Below are positions 1-15,950 of a stretch of 64,000 bases of DNA, piece after piece. A program made the position numbers and the translations under genes. The stretch's first letter is position 1. The number at the start of each line of letters is the position of its first letter. Location of the stretch: NCBI RefSeq assembly GCF_009914755.1, contig NC_060930.1. One strand, written 5' to 3'. The notes beneath the pieces are model-generated. The model was not told the origin of the DNA, ran no database searches, and was given only the letters and a program-made list of their open reading frames with translations. This stretch comes from the human T2T-CHM13v2.0 reference genome, Homo sapiens.

Positions 1-14
1 TTTATCTGATAAAG

Positions 15-172
15 GAAGTCCAGTGGACTGTATGCATTATTCATCACTGTTCTAATCAAACAATCAAAATCGTTTACTTTCACCGGGAATATTTAGCAAG
101 ATCAAAGACACTCTGGCTGGAACGGCTCTTGTTTTACCGCTGACAGATAGCCTTTGATTTTTATTTTTTGCA
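15..172 (+). other. PHACTR1: Probable 5'UTR exon of PHACTR1 (donor well supported, start uncertain)
   Basis: Strong donor ca|GTAAGT at 173-178, 955 nt upstream of the acceptor at 1127. Candidate AG at 13-14; its upstream context is cut by the window edge. Confidence 0.6.
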
Positions 173-1089
173 GTAAGTATATTTGCTATTGGGGTACCTT
201 TGGGTATTTTTAAAAGTTTTGTCTTACCGGACTTGGTTTCTTAAATTAAAATACATACTGTTAGAAAGAGAAACCAATTGGATTAGACTTCCAAGCTTGG
301 TTTTAATGACTTTGTCTTGTTAATTCTTTCCAAAAAAATATTCTGCAGAAATAGAGATAATTCATTTGTGTGAGTATCAGGGAAAGGCTACATAGGCTTG
401 AAAAAAGAACCCAACAGGCTGAATGTTTTCTGGGGAAGTATATTAGCTTTGTGACAGGCTAGTGTATGATAATATAGGGATCACTGTAATGCTGCAATCA
501 TTCTTGCTGCTCTACAAACCACAATTGTTTCTCAAAAATCAGCCCCTGCCAGGCACAGGCAGGTGACGATCCTCTAGCACTTTATAAAATGTGCTGAAGG
601 GAATCGCCGGAAAGGAAGGAATTCAAAGCATTTGTACAGCAAATATGTCAGTGTGTGTCATAAACGCACGGCATCTATGAGTGGAGGCTCGGATTCCCAG
701 GCAATTTTCCCTGCTCCAGGGGAATCCGAAAGTCCCAGGATGAGCTGAGGATCAACACTCACAACGGCTGACACTTAATGACGCTATTTATCAAATAGAC
801 CTTTTGAAAACTGATAGCATGTGAATTTAACAGTATATGTTCCAGAGAATATAAAGCAAGGAAAGGCTGGTATGTTATCTCTCTTTAGATCAGATCATCT
901 GTTTTTCCTGAGTAGAATATATTACTTTTAATGAATGTTGGCTAAATGCGGCATTTTCTCACACGGTAGGAAAGCTATGCTGGGGGGTGGCTTTAGAATT
1001 GCAAATGTCAATCAAGTAGTAGAATATTATAATGGGATATTCTTATTCAAACATTTTAAAGTACATCTATATATACACTTTATACTTGA

Positions 1090-1326
<237 letters not shown>

Positions 1327-3329
1327 TGAACAGCCATGTAGGCTGTAGCTGTTAAAGCCTTGCTCTGAAAGTTTAATAACCGGTATTTCTAAGTTGATAA
1401 CCTCTACCAAACTGCTGCTGGAATTGAGGCAGGTATATAATAGAATAAATAAATCCACACTTCTTGGATGTGGTTAAAAAAATGCCCAACTTTTGGTGTA
1501 AGTGCCCCTCAGAAAGCTATGTTAGAAATGATTTCCTACCACCTGTGTCCAACACTTATGTCCAAAAAGAATCAAGAATGCTCTTCCCCTTGGAGAATTT
1601 CCAGTTTGCAGCCACAGCTCTTGAAATCTTAGGGCATCATGACCCAGTGGACTGGAATCCAGCAGGATTAGGGGCTCTTGAGAGAAGCGCTGAGCTTCTC
1701 TATAGCTGCCTTCTCTATTTTAGCTGAATTCAGTTACCGCCTCAGATAATTACTAGTGTACATTCAGGGAGCAAGCCTCTTGGGAAGTGTGGTTGATGTG
1801 TCCGTTTTTATTACATGTTTCAAGATGGTCAGTTAGGTTCCAGTTTTCTTGCCCTTCTGTTGGGGTATTTAGAATGTTTTTCCACCACATTAAAGAAGAA
1901 GCTGGAGTGTTATATGGGATCTCGTGACTAGGAGGAGATTTTTTTTTTCACATATTTTCTGTTTTCCATGAAATGTTTAAGGTGTTCAGTCAAAGCAACC
2001 TGATGATGGGCATGTCCCAAATGATACAGGTGATGCATTGAGAAGGAGGACAATGTCCCTATTTTAAAATAGAAAAGCAGTTGAATTCTTAGAAGTCACA
2101 AAGCAGAGCTGAGAAGATAATGCAGTCAGTTTTTATAATTCTGGCATCTTTCACTTTAGATGGTGATGGGAACTTTACACACGCCACTGATAATATCCTG
2201 TCTGGGCTTTCCCAAGTGGTCCTCTGAATTGCTTTTACCTCCCTCTCAAGCCAACTTATCGTGGTAACCTCAGGGGGCTTGCAAGCCATCTCCTTCTCTG
2301 CTTTCATTTCTCAGAGCATGACCCAGTCTTCTTAAAGTCAAGAGGGGTTGGAAATGGTCTGGTTGATTTGCTGAGGTCTGTGTGCTCAACAGCAGAGCTG
2401 AAATTAGCAGAAGTGATGTAATAGCAAACTCTCCTCAAACTTCTGGGTGTATGGAGTCAACATGGCTGTTCCCAGCCACTTAAAGACACATAAAAATGTG
2501 AGTGAAGAAGGAAAAGAGTGAGAGACTGGCCAGGACCTCCAACCTCTTCTGGGTCTGCAAGTAAGAAAATGCTGGAAGTAGAGGTAGAATGGAGGTTGGA
2601 AGGGGGTGGGGGATGAAGTTAGGCTCAATTCCTTCTCCAGTCTCAAGGTCACACATTGCTATGTGATTGGTCCATTCGACTGGAATGAGACAATAATGCT
2701 CCGTAGCGGGGTCATCCCGCTGAACCGCATAGCTGTTGGCAAAACAGAAAGGGGGGCAGCAGTTAATTATAGAGAATAAAGATGCCCATTTTGTCTTGCT
2801 GTGGGGATGCTTTAAGCCTTTAAGAAGACCGTGGGCTCCAAGATCTTACGGAAGGAAAGCAGGCAGTGTGTGGGAGGCTCGGGAGGACTCAAGGCAGCCT
2901 TCTGGTTTTCAGCAGATGGAGCTGGGGGTGGAGTGGTCAGAATTGTCACCATCAGTGACTGTGGTTTAGACACCGGAGCTGGAAGGACTAGAAAATGCAT
3001 GGGAGGTGGCAGCATAAGCTACTGTTGCTCCCTGGAGTCATGTTCGTATTAGAGTAATCAGATGATGTTTCAATCAAGGATTCCTGGATTTGCAGGAGGG
3101 GCGGGGGTTCCCGCACACATTGTCTAGGTCAGTGTTTCAAAACCCCCAGTCTTCCTGAACCAGATATCCTGGTGTAAGGCCTGTGAATTTGCATTTTAAG
3201 CAAGAGCTCCAGGGATGGCTACCTAGCCAGTTCATCAGTCTAGGGACAGTATTTACGAACCAGTCCACCTAATCCCGTTTTCTCCTCTTCCACCTCACAA
3301 CAGGAACATTGTACTCAACACTAGAGGCA

Positions 3330-3475
3330 GGATGACATAGTGGTTGCAGGCTCCTCTGCAAAATGCAAACAGTAATAGTTCCTAATTCACAGGTTGTTAA
3401 GAGCATTAATGAGGTAAGATTTTAAAGGGCTTAAAACAGTGTCTGCCACATAAGAAATGCTACACACGAGCAAAT
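3330..3475 (+). mobile_element. MIR fragment
   Basis: ctgcaaaatg...taatagttcctaattcacaggttgttaagagcattaatgag...cttaaaacagtgtctgccacataag resembles MIR core and 3' end. Confidence 0.6.
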
Positions 3476-3519
3476 CAATAAAGTAAAAATCCCAGCAAAA
3501 GCCCATCCTCTTCTGTTTA

Positions 3520-3872
<353 letters not shown>

Positions 3873-5696
3873 TTAAAAAGTTAAACCTATTTCTAGCAAC
3901 AACCACAAAAAATAGAAATTTTAAATACATTTAAAAATGCAGTGATTCATTTCTTGTCCTGTCAAAACCCAACTCAGGGCATAACTGAAAAATAGCTCAT
4001 CTTGCTGCTCTCCATCTGTCTTGTCCTTCATTTCACTTTAAAGATGAGAGTCCCTCTCCCTCCAACACCTTCCCTAGATCCCCAGCACACAGGACCTATC
4101 ACCTTGGGAGGCTCCTTTCTCAAGTTCTGCTTTTACCATTACTTGGGGCTTGGCACTGCATTGCATGGGTTCCTCCACTGTAGCTTCCCTCCCCTTTGCA
4201 CAGATTCCACAGTCTGTCCTGGACAACCAGCACCCCTTAGGCCTAATAAAGGAACAGTGAATGGGTGAAGGCCTGAGTACCATGGCCGGCACCCTTCCCA
4301 TCCAAACCAGATGCACACATTGGCCGGATTCAAGCTTGTATCGAACCAACGGCAAGGCTCCGAGGACCAGTGAAGGAGGGCAAGCTGGCGGCCAGCTCTT
4401 GAGAAACACATTTGAGACAATTAGGGTCTCATGCTATTGCTGAATCACTCCACCACATGGCAGTTCTCTATTTGGCCAGTCCAGCCAGTGCAGAGGATAT
4501 TAGTAAGGCCAAGTAGCCCCAATTTGATTACTTCTTCTAAAAAGAAGGCCAACTTGAAAGTACAGTATGGGGTTAAGTATATAAAACTTGGGTGACCTAA
4601 GGCTTGGTTGGCTAAACTGTTGTGTGATTATTGCATTTTTGAGTAGTCTATTCTCACTGTCATGCAGATATTTCTATAGACTGATCAAGTGTTCTTACAG
4701 ATGTAAATGTTTTTAAAGGGAAAAGCAAGAAAATCTGAGTTCCCCTCTCTCATTTCCCACATGACAGCCTCATATCAATTTATTTACAAACTCATAAAGT
4801 TCCAGGAAGATAACACCTTCTGTATTAGTCATGTGCAAAATCTTTATCCAAAGCAACAATGCCAGAATTATGTTTTTGATCCACACAGAGTTGTTTCTTT
4901 TAGATTTTTCTTGGAAAGTGGCAATAGCCTTCCCTTGAATAGAGGACGTTTTAGCTAGTTAAAGCAAGAGGAATCCAGGAGGGTGAGAAGAAAAAGAAGG
5001 AAAAAGGCAATTTATCATGAGAAAAATTCTTTTGGAATTCCCTGAGATTTTCAAAGGTGCCTGATCTATTCTTCTGAATAAAGAACCTGTTATCTTCTCC
5101 CACCTCCATTTTCCCCTGGTTGGACCTCAAGGTGGGGGAGATCAGCTGCCTCTCTCATGATTCTGCTTTAGAAGGTATGATGTGTTGCAGAGAGCAGAAA
5201 ATGTACAGGGTCCTCCTGTTTGCCTCCTGTCAGTGAAGGAGGCTCTCTTGATTAACTAGTGAGTCGTTTGCCAATGGTAAATCCTAACACGAAGGGAGTT
5301 CTGCGGAAGTCCCCTTTAACTGAAAAGGAGAACTCCAGAGGTTAGAGATACACATGGCTTCAAATATCATGTCTTGGCATCACATAATTTGAGCTCATCT
5401 GTGTTTCAGGTTTCTGACAATGCTACCCCACACACTCAACTTCAGACTCTGTAATTTTGTAGTGAACAATTGAACTTGAAGAGAAGACATATTATAAAAT
5501 CACAAAATTAACATCATGAGATTTTTAGGTTAAAATGGACATTATAGGCCAGGGACTGTCTTAGGTCTCTTCCTAAGCCAAGAGAAACAGACCCTGGGAG
5601 GGCCAGCCCCAGGCTCCAGTGCCATTTTTTCAACTAGCCCATGGGTTTTTATGATGAATACTGGAGCTTGAGAACCACCATTATGGATCGTCAGTC

Positions 5697-5860
5697 ACTT
5701 GCTACCCAGAGTGTGATCCCAGACTGACAGCACCAGCTTCATTCATTCGTCTGGGGCTTGTTAGGAATGTAGCATCTCAGGCCCCACCCTAGACCTAGAG
5801 AATCAGAATCTGCATTTTAACAAAATCTCCAGGTAATTTATATTAAAGTTTGAGAAGCAA
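5697..5860 (+). mobile_element. MER5A-like hAT-Charlie MITE
   Basis: ggccccaccctagacc...gaatcagaatctgcattttaacaa...ccaggt...aaagtttgagaagca matches the MER5 pattern. Confidence 0.7.
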
Positions 5861-5864
5861 CAGT

Positions 5865-6340
5865 TGAATTCAGTGCACATTACAAACACCACCTGGAATC
5901 CTTGTTTTGGCCTTTTCTTTTTTTTTTTTTTTTTGAGAGAGAGAGAGGGGTCTGGCTCTGTCATCTCAGGCTAAAGTACAGTGACAGGATCATAGCTCAC
6001 TGCAGCCTCAAACGCCTGGGCTCAAGCAATCCTCCAGCCTCATTCTCCCAAGTACCTGTAGGCACATGCCACCATGCCTGGCTAATTTCTTAAGTTTTAC
6101 AGACAGAATCTTGCTATGTTTCCCAGGCTGGTCTTAAACTCCTGGCCTCAAGCAGTCCTCCCACCTCAGCCTCCCAAAATGCTGGGATTATAGGCCACAC
6201 CTGGGAGATTTCACAACCTAAATGCTAGAGTCCACTATGGACCAATTAAATCAGAATCTCTGGGGATAAGCCCCACACACGGTAATCTTTTAAACTGCCC
6301 CCACGAGATTCAAATGTGGAGCCAGGGCTGACAACTACTG
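5865..6340. mobile_element. MER5-like MITE interrupted by an AluJ
   Basis: MER5-like sequence on both sides of the Alu (cacctgg...; aatcagaatctctgggg...gagccagggctgacaactactg). Confidence 0.55.
5912..6198 (-). mobile_element. AluJ
   Basis: T tail, then gatcatagctcactgcagcctc...ctgggctcaagcaatcctcc (J-type). Confidence 0.9.
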
Positions 6341-6475
6341 ACCTTTGTTTCATAGTAAAAGGTTTCAGCATCATGCAGCTATTCTTCCCCGAATAACTTT
6401 CTCTATCTAGGTCTTCCACTTTAAATGAATTTGAACCATGGGGAAGATGCAAATGGACTTTTAAAAAGCACTATG

Positions 6476-6995
<520 letters not shown>

Positions 6996-7824
6996 TATTT
7001 TGTTTAAGCTGTCTCATGCTGCTTGCCAGGCAGAGGCAACCTCTCATCTAGTTAGACTGATCAAATCAACCCCGCAGATCAGCAAAGGTAACTTCCCTGA
7101 CCAAACCACACTTCCAGGGATGGTCAAGCTGTGGCTCAGAGTCATTCTGCTGGGAACTCAAATCACACAGCTTAAAAGAGGACAGCAGAGACAGAACCAG
7201 ATATCATTTTATCACATCCATACCCTGTCCACTGTGTGAGGTTTCTTTTCTCAAAAACCATCAATATACTCGGACATTCAAATTACCTTCTAAAGGGAAA
7301 ATACATTAAAAGGCAGCCAAATGACAAAAGTCACTAGGCAATCCTAGTGACTCCTGCTAATGATTTCCCCTCTTTTATCATTTAAAATAACACTCGGCAT
7401 TAGAACCAGGCTCAGTCGTCACTGTTACTTGTCATAATGCACCTTTTCTGTCATCTACATTGTCTTGTTCAAAAAAGGGAAATGCCAGTTTTGACAACTG
7501 ATGAATGCCACAGTGAGCAGCTAAGAGTCTCTTTAAGTTGTTTTTGGAAATACAGAGGAATTCATCCAAACCCCGTCTCTCCCCTCACGCCTCCACCCAC
7601 CTCCACTCTTTGCCCACTCTGTGAAATCGGTCAGAGCAGCTGACTTTTGAGTCTTCAGCTTTGAGTTAAATATACTCTAAACCTGACTCTAAACCTCTAG
7701 GACTTCAAACATGGCCCCAAGAGACAAAGACATTTGGTAGCACTCCATTAGTTCAAAATCAGGAACAGTAGTAACAAACACAAAACATGCTCATACTATT
7801 TCCTTTGCTGTGCTTACAGGGAGA

Positions 7825-8265
7825 CCCAGCCCCATTGTCACCTCCCCTGTGAAGCTTTGCTTAACTTTCCCAGGCCTTCCTCCCATTGCCTATACTACAG
7901 CTGTTCACGCCTACACTACAGCCATTGTCATCATCTATGATTCTGCCTCCACCACCTGCTAGATGCATGAGCTCATATAAATGGCTTTACTTCTTTAAAC
8001 CTCAGATTCCTCATCAAAATAGATATAATGCTAGCTCTGAATCCGCAGGAGACTTTGGGAATTAAGTGAGGTATGCCTATAAAGTGTCTAGTACCTTGTC
8101 TATTGTTATTGATTAGTTATTGATACTCTTGTTTTACGATTACTTAAGTGTCTGTGACTTACCTCAATCACAGTGATCTCCTTAAATAGCATCTTCTTGG
8201 TGCTTAATATCATCCTTCTTATACAGTAGAAGCACTAACATTTATTAAATGTCTCTATTGAACTG
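7825..8265 (+). mobile_element. L2 3' fragments with nested MIR piece
   Basis: tgtcacctcccctgtgaagc (L2-like) and cctcagattcctcatc...ggaattaagtgag (MIR-like); heavily decayed. Confidence 0.4.
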
Positions 8266-10458
8266 ATGGGGTGAGAATGCTTAAATCTACACTATAAAAA
8301 GAATTTTTAAAAAAATTTTTATATTTTTAACATTTTTATGGGTACATAGTATAAAGATACATTTTAGACTCCAGGAAAGGGTGTGATTATTCAAGATTTA
8401 GAAAATAGAACCTCCTAACACTTTTAAAGAATTAAAATCTTTAGTTGAAAATGGAGCCTGCATAAGACTGAAGGGAAGGACATGCAAAAATAATATTCAA
8501 ATACATAGAGATATAGGCAATGGAAGCAAGTCATCAACTCTGCTGTATCTCATATAAGAAGAAATTAAACAAAAGTAAGAATATACAGCAGGGAAATTTA
8601 GGTCTATTATTGAAAAAAATCAATCTTTTAAAATAGACTTCCAGGGATCCCTGAGTAGTATTCTTCTGAAAAGGGCTTTTTGATATAGAATAGTCTGGGA
8701 TGATGGAGTTTTCATTCTGCCTAAAAGCAGAATTATGGAATAGGCAAACACCCAACTCTTACTACGGTGAGCTTAATTGAGCTGAGTTTAAAAGCTGCTC
8801 TGAACATGTCCAGAAAGCCAGCTCTGAGCTGCACCTTGAGATCCCCTTTTCCCTTCCTTCTTAGATGTTTACTGTCCTGTTTTTATACTTTTTGGCTGAT
8901 TAATCCTCAAACTAGTTACCATCCCACTCACGCTTCTAACCAGACTCGAAGGAAGGCGGGTGTAGACACCCACCTAAAACCACACACTGGAAACACACAC
9001 GTTGAGAACCACTCACTGGAAGCCTGGCCATGGTGTTTTAGGAGTCTTGCACAGTGGAAATCAGGTTGTCTTCTTCCTCCATGCCTGTCTCCTGAGCCCT
9101 TCATGTCATGACCTTACATATGGCTCATATCTGGACCTACAGGTCTGATTTGCTTCAGAAGGACTGGGGCAGGAACAGTGCTTGCAAGTCAACCCAATCC
9201 TCATCTGGACACGATTAAACAACTAGGTTATAACTTTTTCCATTCTCCCTTCTAATGTCCTCCCACCTGCCCCTCAGAGTCCTGCCAGGTAATATCCTGT
9301 ATTTTTGTTGGTTTGCTATCCAAATAGTTGATATGTAATCATACTGTTTTCCAGACCTTTGTCTCTGAGAAGTGCTTCAGATGAGAATTTATTTTTTATT
9401 GTTTCCAGTCTTGGTGCTTGAGGCATCACCCTCAACAAATACTTGTTGTTTTATTTTGTTTTTGCTTTTATTTGTTGTTGTTATTGTTTTTCTCCATCAC
9501 CCTAGTCAGGAAGCAGTATATGGCACTTCACACACAACTGACAAACTACCTACCATGCCTACCCTCCTAACTGCCCACTCATTCCATTTCAGACCTCTAA
9601 TTGCTCACACCCAGGCTTTCCAAACCTGTGTTTAATACAGGGAACATGATGGGTGAAAAAGACAGTGAAGGCAGATCGAGAGAAAAAGTATCGTGGAGCT
9701 AGCCAACCTGTCAACTCCAACAGATACATAGATGACCATTGAATCCAACCCTCCTGTTCTGGAGTGTGCCCTGGGAACAGGACAATTCTCCGTAGGCAAA
9801 GTCTCATTCTTGGTGCTCACAGTTTAACTGTACACAGCCTTTCAATGCTCTTAGTGCCTTTGCCCCTAGCAAGGATCTGCTTTGCCATGTATTGTGATCC
9901 AGGACTCATACATAAAGTAGGGCATGGGGATGAGAGGAAGAGGGAGAGAAAATGAGAGAACGAGAGCCAGAGAAGAAGAAAATGATGTGAAAATGCAATG
10001 AACTAATTTCAATCAATTAATCATTCCTGCTCTCACATACCACACATGAGAGGCAGCCCACACTCACCCAGCGCCAGCCATGACCCAGTTAGCATAAACA
10101 ATTCACCAGGTGCTAGGGAAATCATTCTCACTCCTCATTTGCCCAAACAAATCTGTTTTCTCAAAAATGTTGGTACCACCCTTTGTGCCTGTGCTAGCAG
10201 AAGAAAGGATAGGGAGCCTAACACTTCAAAATCAGCCCACGCCAATATCATTTTTAATATTTTTAAGAATTTCTCAGTAAGCAGTTGGACATACACACTT
10301 ATGCAAAACCATGGAATGAATATTTGTCTTAAATTGGACTTCTGAAATACTAGGACTCAACAAAGTTATCTTCAAGATCTATATATCCTTTTTCAATCAT
10401 AAAAGCAAAGCAAGGGGAGTGTTAATGCCTTTGGCCAAAAGGGGAAAAAAAATGAGAG

Positions 10459-10766
<308 letters not shown>

Positions 10767-10911
10767 AATCAACCCTACACAACTATTTAATTTTTTTGTA
10801 TTTACTTTTAATTTCTTTCACGTACCTTTGGAATTTTATAAGGTTATATTTATATTTATATTTATAAAACTGGGGGTATGAATAAGATAGTTTCCCATAT
10901 TAGCTTAAAAA

Positions 10912-11098
10912 TATCATAGTGTTTAGGACTTGAGCTTTAGAATTGCACAGCTCTGAGTTCAAAGGATGATTTTCACTTCCTAGCTTGTAACTTTAGGCAA
11001 GTTATTTAATCTCTCTCTGCCTCACCTTTCCCTTTTGAATGCAAATGACAGTAATAAGAATTCTTAACCCAACAGGTTATTTTGAGGATTAAATGAAC
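10912..11098 (+). mobile_element. MIR (3' end probably resumes at about 11400-11455)
   Basis: taactttaggcaagttatttaatctctctctgcctca...gaggattaaatga. Confidence 0.7.
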
Positions 11099-11400
11099 CA
11101 TAGTTTCACAAACTGTGGTATGATATATAATTTTCAGGTAATATGTAACTCTTTCATAATAATCATGTATTTATTTTATGGTGTTTTAGAAAAACATAAA
11201 TAGAAAAACTAATTAAAATATAAGAATATATAGCCAGCACTGCACACTTACAGACCACTGCTTAGAGCAAGCAGTACAAGAAAAATAGGCTGATTAAGTC
11301 CATTTAAGGAGTAATATTAAGTAAATAATAGGCTAGATGGCACTCAGCTACAGCAAAATACATAAAAAGTCATATAGGAATGACTAAAGTTTAGAAACAC
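11099..11400. mobile_element. Probable hAT-type non-autonomous DNA transposon nested in the MIR
   Basis: Decayed terminal inverted repeats (tagtttcacaaact ... agtttagaaacac) bounding an AT-rich block that splits the MIR. Confidence 0.4.
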
Positions 11401-11859
11401 ACAAATATAAAGCACGAAGCAAGACGTCAAGCACCTGATACATGTTTAATGAATGTATCCGTTCTTATGTTAATTATGCTTTAATTTTGTCAAGCCTCAG
11501 AGGAAATAGGCAGGGCTTCTGCTTCCCAAGAGAGACCCCCACCCGCCCCATCACTTCTTTTCTCTGATGCCATTTCTTTCCGATTCAAATTTCTAAGCCC
11601 TTTGGAGACACGAAACAGCCTTAAAACACAAGAACAAGAACAAGCAGCACAACTTTGATTTTAAAATAAAATTACTAACAAATTCCAAAAGTATCCTCTG
11701 TATCATTCTGCCTCTGGGTAACATTAGCTAAACTGTATTGATTTCCTCTGAAATCAGAGCAAACTCTACAGTTTATCATCGATGCAGCTTTGTTTCTAAG
11801 TTGGCTTCAAGGTGAGATGACAATTCACTTGCATTTGAGGGAGGATAAAAAAGAATACT

Positions 11860-12550
11860 CTGGGCTGTGTGAAGTGGCCTGTGACAAGGCATGAACAGGC
11901 ATGGGAAGAGGGTGATCCATCTGGAGAACTGCACGTGTTAGACTCTGCCTAGGCTGACAGGTTATACTGTAGAGGTGGAGAATGGCGTAAGAGAAGACTA
12001 GAACAGCAGGCAGGGGTCATGGCACGTGAGGCTGTGCCATGCCAGACCAAGGAATCCCAAAGCTGATACTGAATCCACTAAAGCAGCGAATACAGAGGAG
12101 ATGTTATCAGGTCTGCTTTTATAGAGATCATTAACATACAGGACACACTGGGGAGGAAGACCAGAGGCAAGGAGAGGCATCAGGAGGCTATTGCAGTGAC
12201 TCAAACAAGAAGAAAGCCTAAAGAGGGAACTGACTGAGAGAATTCAAAAGGGGAGAGGATTCTAGAAATATTAAGAAGATTTTTTTCCTGATTATGCGGT
12301 GACAAAGTAGGTAGACAGAGAGTGAGAGAGAGGTTCTTTGAATGCTTCCCACATGTTGTATTTGGGCCTGCTCGGTGAATGATGCAACCCTTCCCTGAGA
12401 GGGAGAATACAGGAGGATGACCAAGATGAAGGTAGGAAAAAGAAACTCCATTTAAAGCATATTGAGTTTGGAGATCCTATGGAACAGCCAAGCCTAGATT
12501 ATCAGTATGGAATAAGTTCCATGGATCTAAAGCTTGGTATGGAGATCTTG
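11860..12550 (-). mobile_element. L2 fragment
   Basis: Purine-rich reverse L2 pattern (ggaggctattgcagt, gattctagaaatatt, attgagtttggagat). Confidence 0.6.
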
Positions 12551-13029
12551 GAAAACCACCCAAAATATTCTATATTCCTTGGTAACTCCTAAAATAATTT
12601 CACTAACATGTTTTACATTGGCCTCTGAATATGTGGTTCTACTGGGCCTTTTATTTTCCTTTCACATTATTTAGAAGATTGGGAGATTGTTTATAAAAAC
12701 ATATTTTCTAAATGAAAAGTTTCTTCTATAAATACAAAATTTTCTTCCTAGCACCAGTACTTACAATTAATACTCTATTTGAAATATTTACATGAGCCAA
12801 ATGTTTGAAGTCACTAAGATTATTGCAAATTCTGGCTTGTATTTTTATAATAAGCAAAATTCTCAGTTAACACTTATAAGGTCATTTAAAAAAACACACG
12901 TGATTTAAAAAAAAAAAAAACCTCAATGCAGCTCAATCATTGTATATAACTATAGCTTGTTCTAAAATGCTGCAAAGGAAGAGGAAAAAGGGAATTCAGT
13001 TAGAGCTGGTTAAAAATAGACCTTCCTTT

Positions 13030-13742
<713 letters not shown>

Positions 13743-14004
13743 ATATTACCTTTTTAAAACCCATGCAGTAATATATTCTGTTTCATTTAGTTGATTATGC
13801 ACTGTTTGGTGACTAAATTTGACAGGTGACAGGCAGAGAAGAAACTACTTGGCTTAGCCCAATTGAATTCTTGTCTCTGAAAAGCTAGACCACATTCCAA
13901 ACATCACACTGCAAGAGATATTTTTACATTAGCCTTATATCTGATGCTAGCTTAATAATCTGGACATGTACACTGAAATTGCAAAAGAAAATGAGAGTAA
14001 GCAG

Positions 14005-14195
14005 ACTCAGACTATGTGCCAAGGGCTTTGTATTTATTATCTCATTTTATCTATAAAAAGGAAATTTATTGGGCACATGATATTGACCCCATTTTAGAGA
14101 TGAAGTAATCTATGTTTCTAATAATCAAGTGACTTCCCAAGGTCACAGCTACTAGTAATGGAGCCAGAATTATAATCTTGAGCTTTTGGATTCTT
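14005..14195 (-). mobile_element. MIR
   Basis: ccccattttagagatgaag...aagtgacttcccaaggtcacagctactag. Confidence 0.7.
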
Positions 14196-14742
14196 CCCAC
14201 TGCAACTGGTGGTCCTATGTTATCTTGGCGACCATGGAAATACGAGCAAAGACATCCATGTACGGGCATGTGGGGATGGACAGATGCTCACATGTCGCCA
14301 CACATTCAAAGGTAGAATGTCTCAATGTTGTGCGATACAAATGTGGCAATGGAGCCATTTTATGTCATTATACTCAGGTTCAACTTCTTAAAGGAAAGTT
14401 TTACCTTTTTTTTTTTTTTTATTTGGGAAACTATCAAAATGGAATGATGGGGCCTCTGACCCTTATACTGAGTTGCAGAATATGTGATTTGCTTGGAGTT
14501 CCTGGGAGGTGGGGGAGGAGGGAAACCTGCCCGAGTCTCCACGGGAGTGTCTTACGATACACATAACTTGTTTTTCCCTCTCACTACCAATGCAACATAT
14601 AGTAATTATAGAAAAATTTAAAATATATAGGCAAACAACAAAACAAAACTCAACTAGCCCCATCATCTAAAAATAGGTATTCTTTACAACCTGGTGAATA
14701 TTCTTATATTCTTTTTACACACATGGGCACACACAGATTTTT

Positions 14743-15116
14743 TTTGGGGGTGCTGTTTAAGACATTTTCATTATTTATTTATTTTTCTTTAGTTCTTCTA
14801 AAAAATGGGGTACATGTGCAGAACGTGCAGGTTTGTTACATAGGTATACGTGTGTCATGGCGGTTTGCTGCACCTATTGACCCATCCTCTAAGTTCCCTT
14901 CCCTCACCCCTCACCCCAAAACAGGCCCTGGTGTGTGTTGTTCCCCTCCCTGTGTCCACGTGTTCTCATTGTTCAACTCTCACTCATGAGTAAGAACGTA
15001 CAGTGTTTGGTTTTCTGTTCTTGTGTTAGTTTGCTGAGGATGATGGCTTCCAGCTTCATCCATGTCCCTGCAAAGGACATGATATCATTCCTTTTTATGG
15101 CTGTGTAGTATTCCAT
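14743..15116 (-). mobile_element. L1PA (L1PA8-like) 3' end with short extra 3' segment
   Basis: Reverse L1 3'UTR; 17-nt TSD ggcacacacagattttt at 14726-14742 and 15117-15133. Confidence 0.9.
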
Positions 15117-15679
15117 GGCACACACAGATTTTTCTAACTTAAATCAAGCTCCTCAGATTTATTGCTTTTAATTTTTCTATGTCTGAATTTAAACAATAAA
15201 ATAATTCTTTTTACCTTGAAGTAGTTCATTCTAACTGAATTATGAAATAATCAGACACAGTTTGGGCTCTGATGGAAAGGTCAACCATGCTTTGCTTTTT
15301 CCCAACGGGTGACTTTGCCAGCTGGGTTGATGTCCCTGGATCTGTTCTGCCATTATTTACTAGACAGAGTCTCTGACTAATACCTCGTGATCTAATCACT
15401 GTCATCAGCCCATCTGTAGACACAACAGAATGCAAATAAAATATCTATGTAATCTATATTGGGTGGTTCTTCCTTCTTAGACTCATACATTTAGAAATTT
15501 TTATGTTCTTTCCCCTCCACAAACACAATATTTCTTCTCCTTATTGTAGATAGATGCATTTTATTATGCATCACCAGCAAATGCCCCAATGTTTCATTTA
15601 ACAGGATATTTGTAATGTTTCATTTAACCGTGTAATTACTACAATAATAGGACATCAGAGCTGGAAGGTACTTAATTTA

Positions 15680-15950
15680 ATTAGCTCATTTTACAGGTGG
15701 TAAAACTGAGGCTTAGGGAAGACAGGAAAAGCAAACACTGTTTATTAAATACCTAACATATAACAGAAACTATGCATATTTGTTTCATTTGAAACTACAA
15801 ACCTATGAGTTAGATATTATTGCCCCCAATTTATAAGAAACTAAACCTCAGAATGATCAAAAACTGACCGAATACCACACAACCATGAAGAGGTGAAGCC
15901 AGGATTCAAACATGAGTCTTTCTGGCTTCACAGCTTTCCCCTACAACATC
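15680..15950 (-). mobile_element. MIR fragments
   Basis: cattttacaggtggtaaaactgaggcttag and agaggtgaagccaggattcaaac. Confidence 0.6.

Noticed and set aside
11300-11309. Perfect CArG box CCATTTAAGG
   Set aside because: Several are expected by chance in 64 kb of AT-rich DNA, and it lies in a probable transposon relic.
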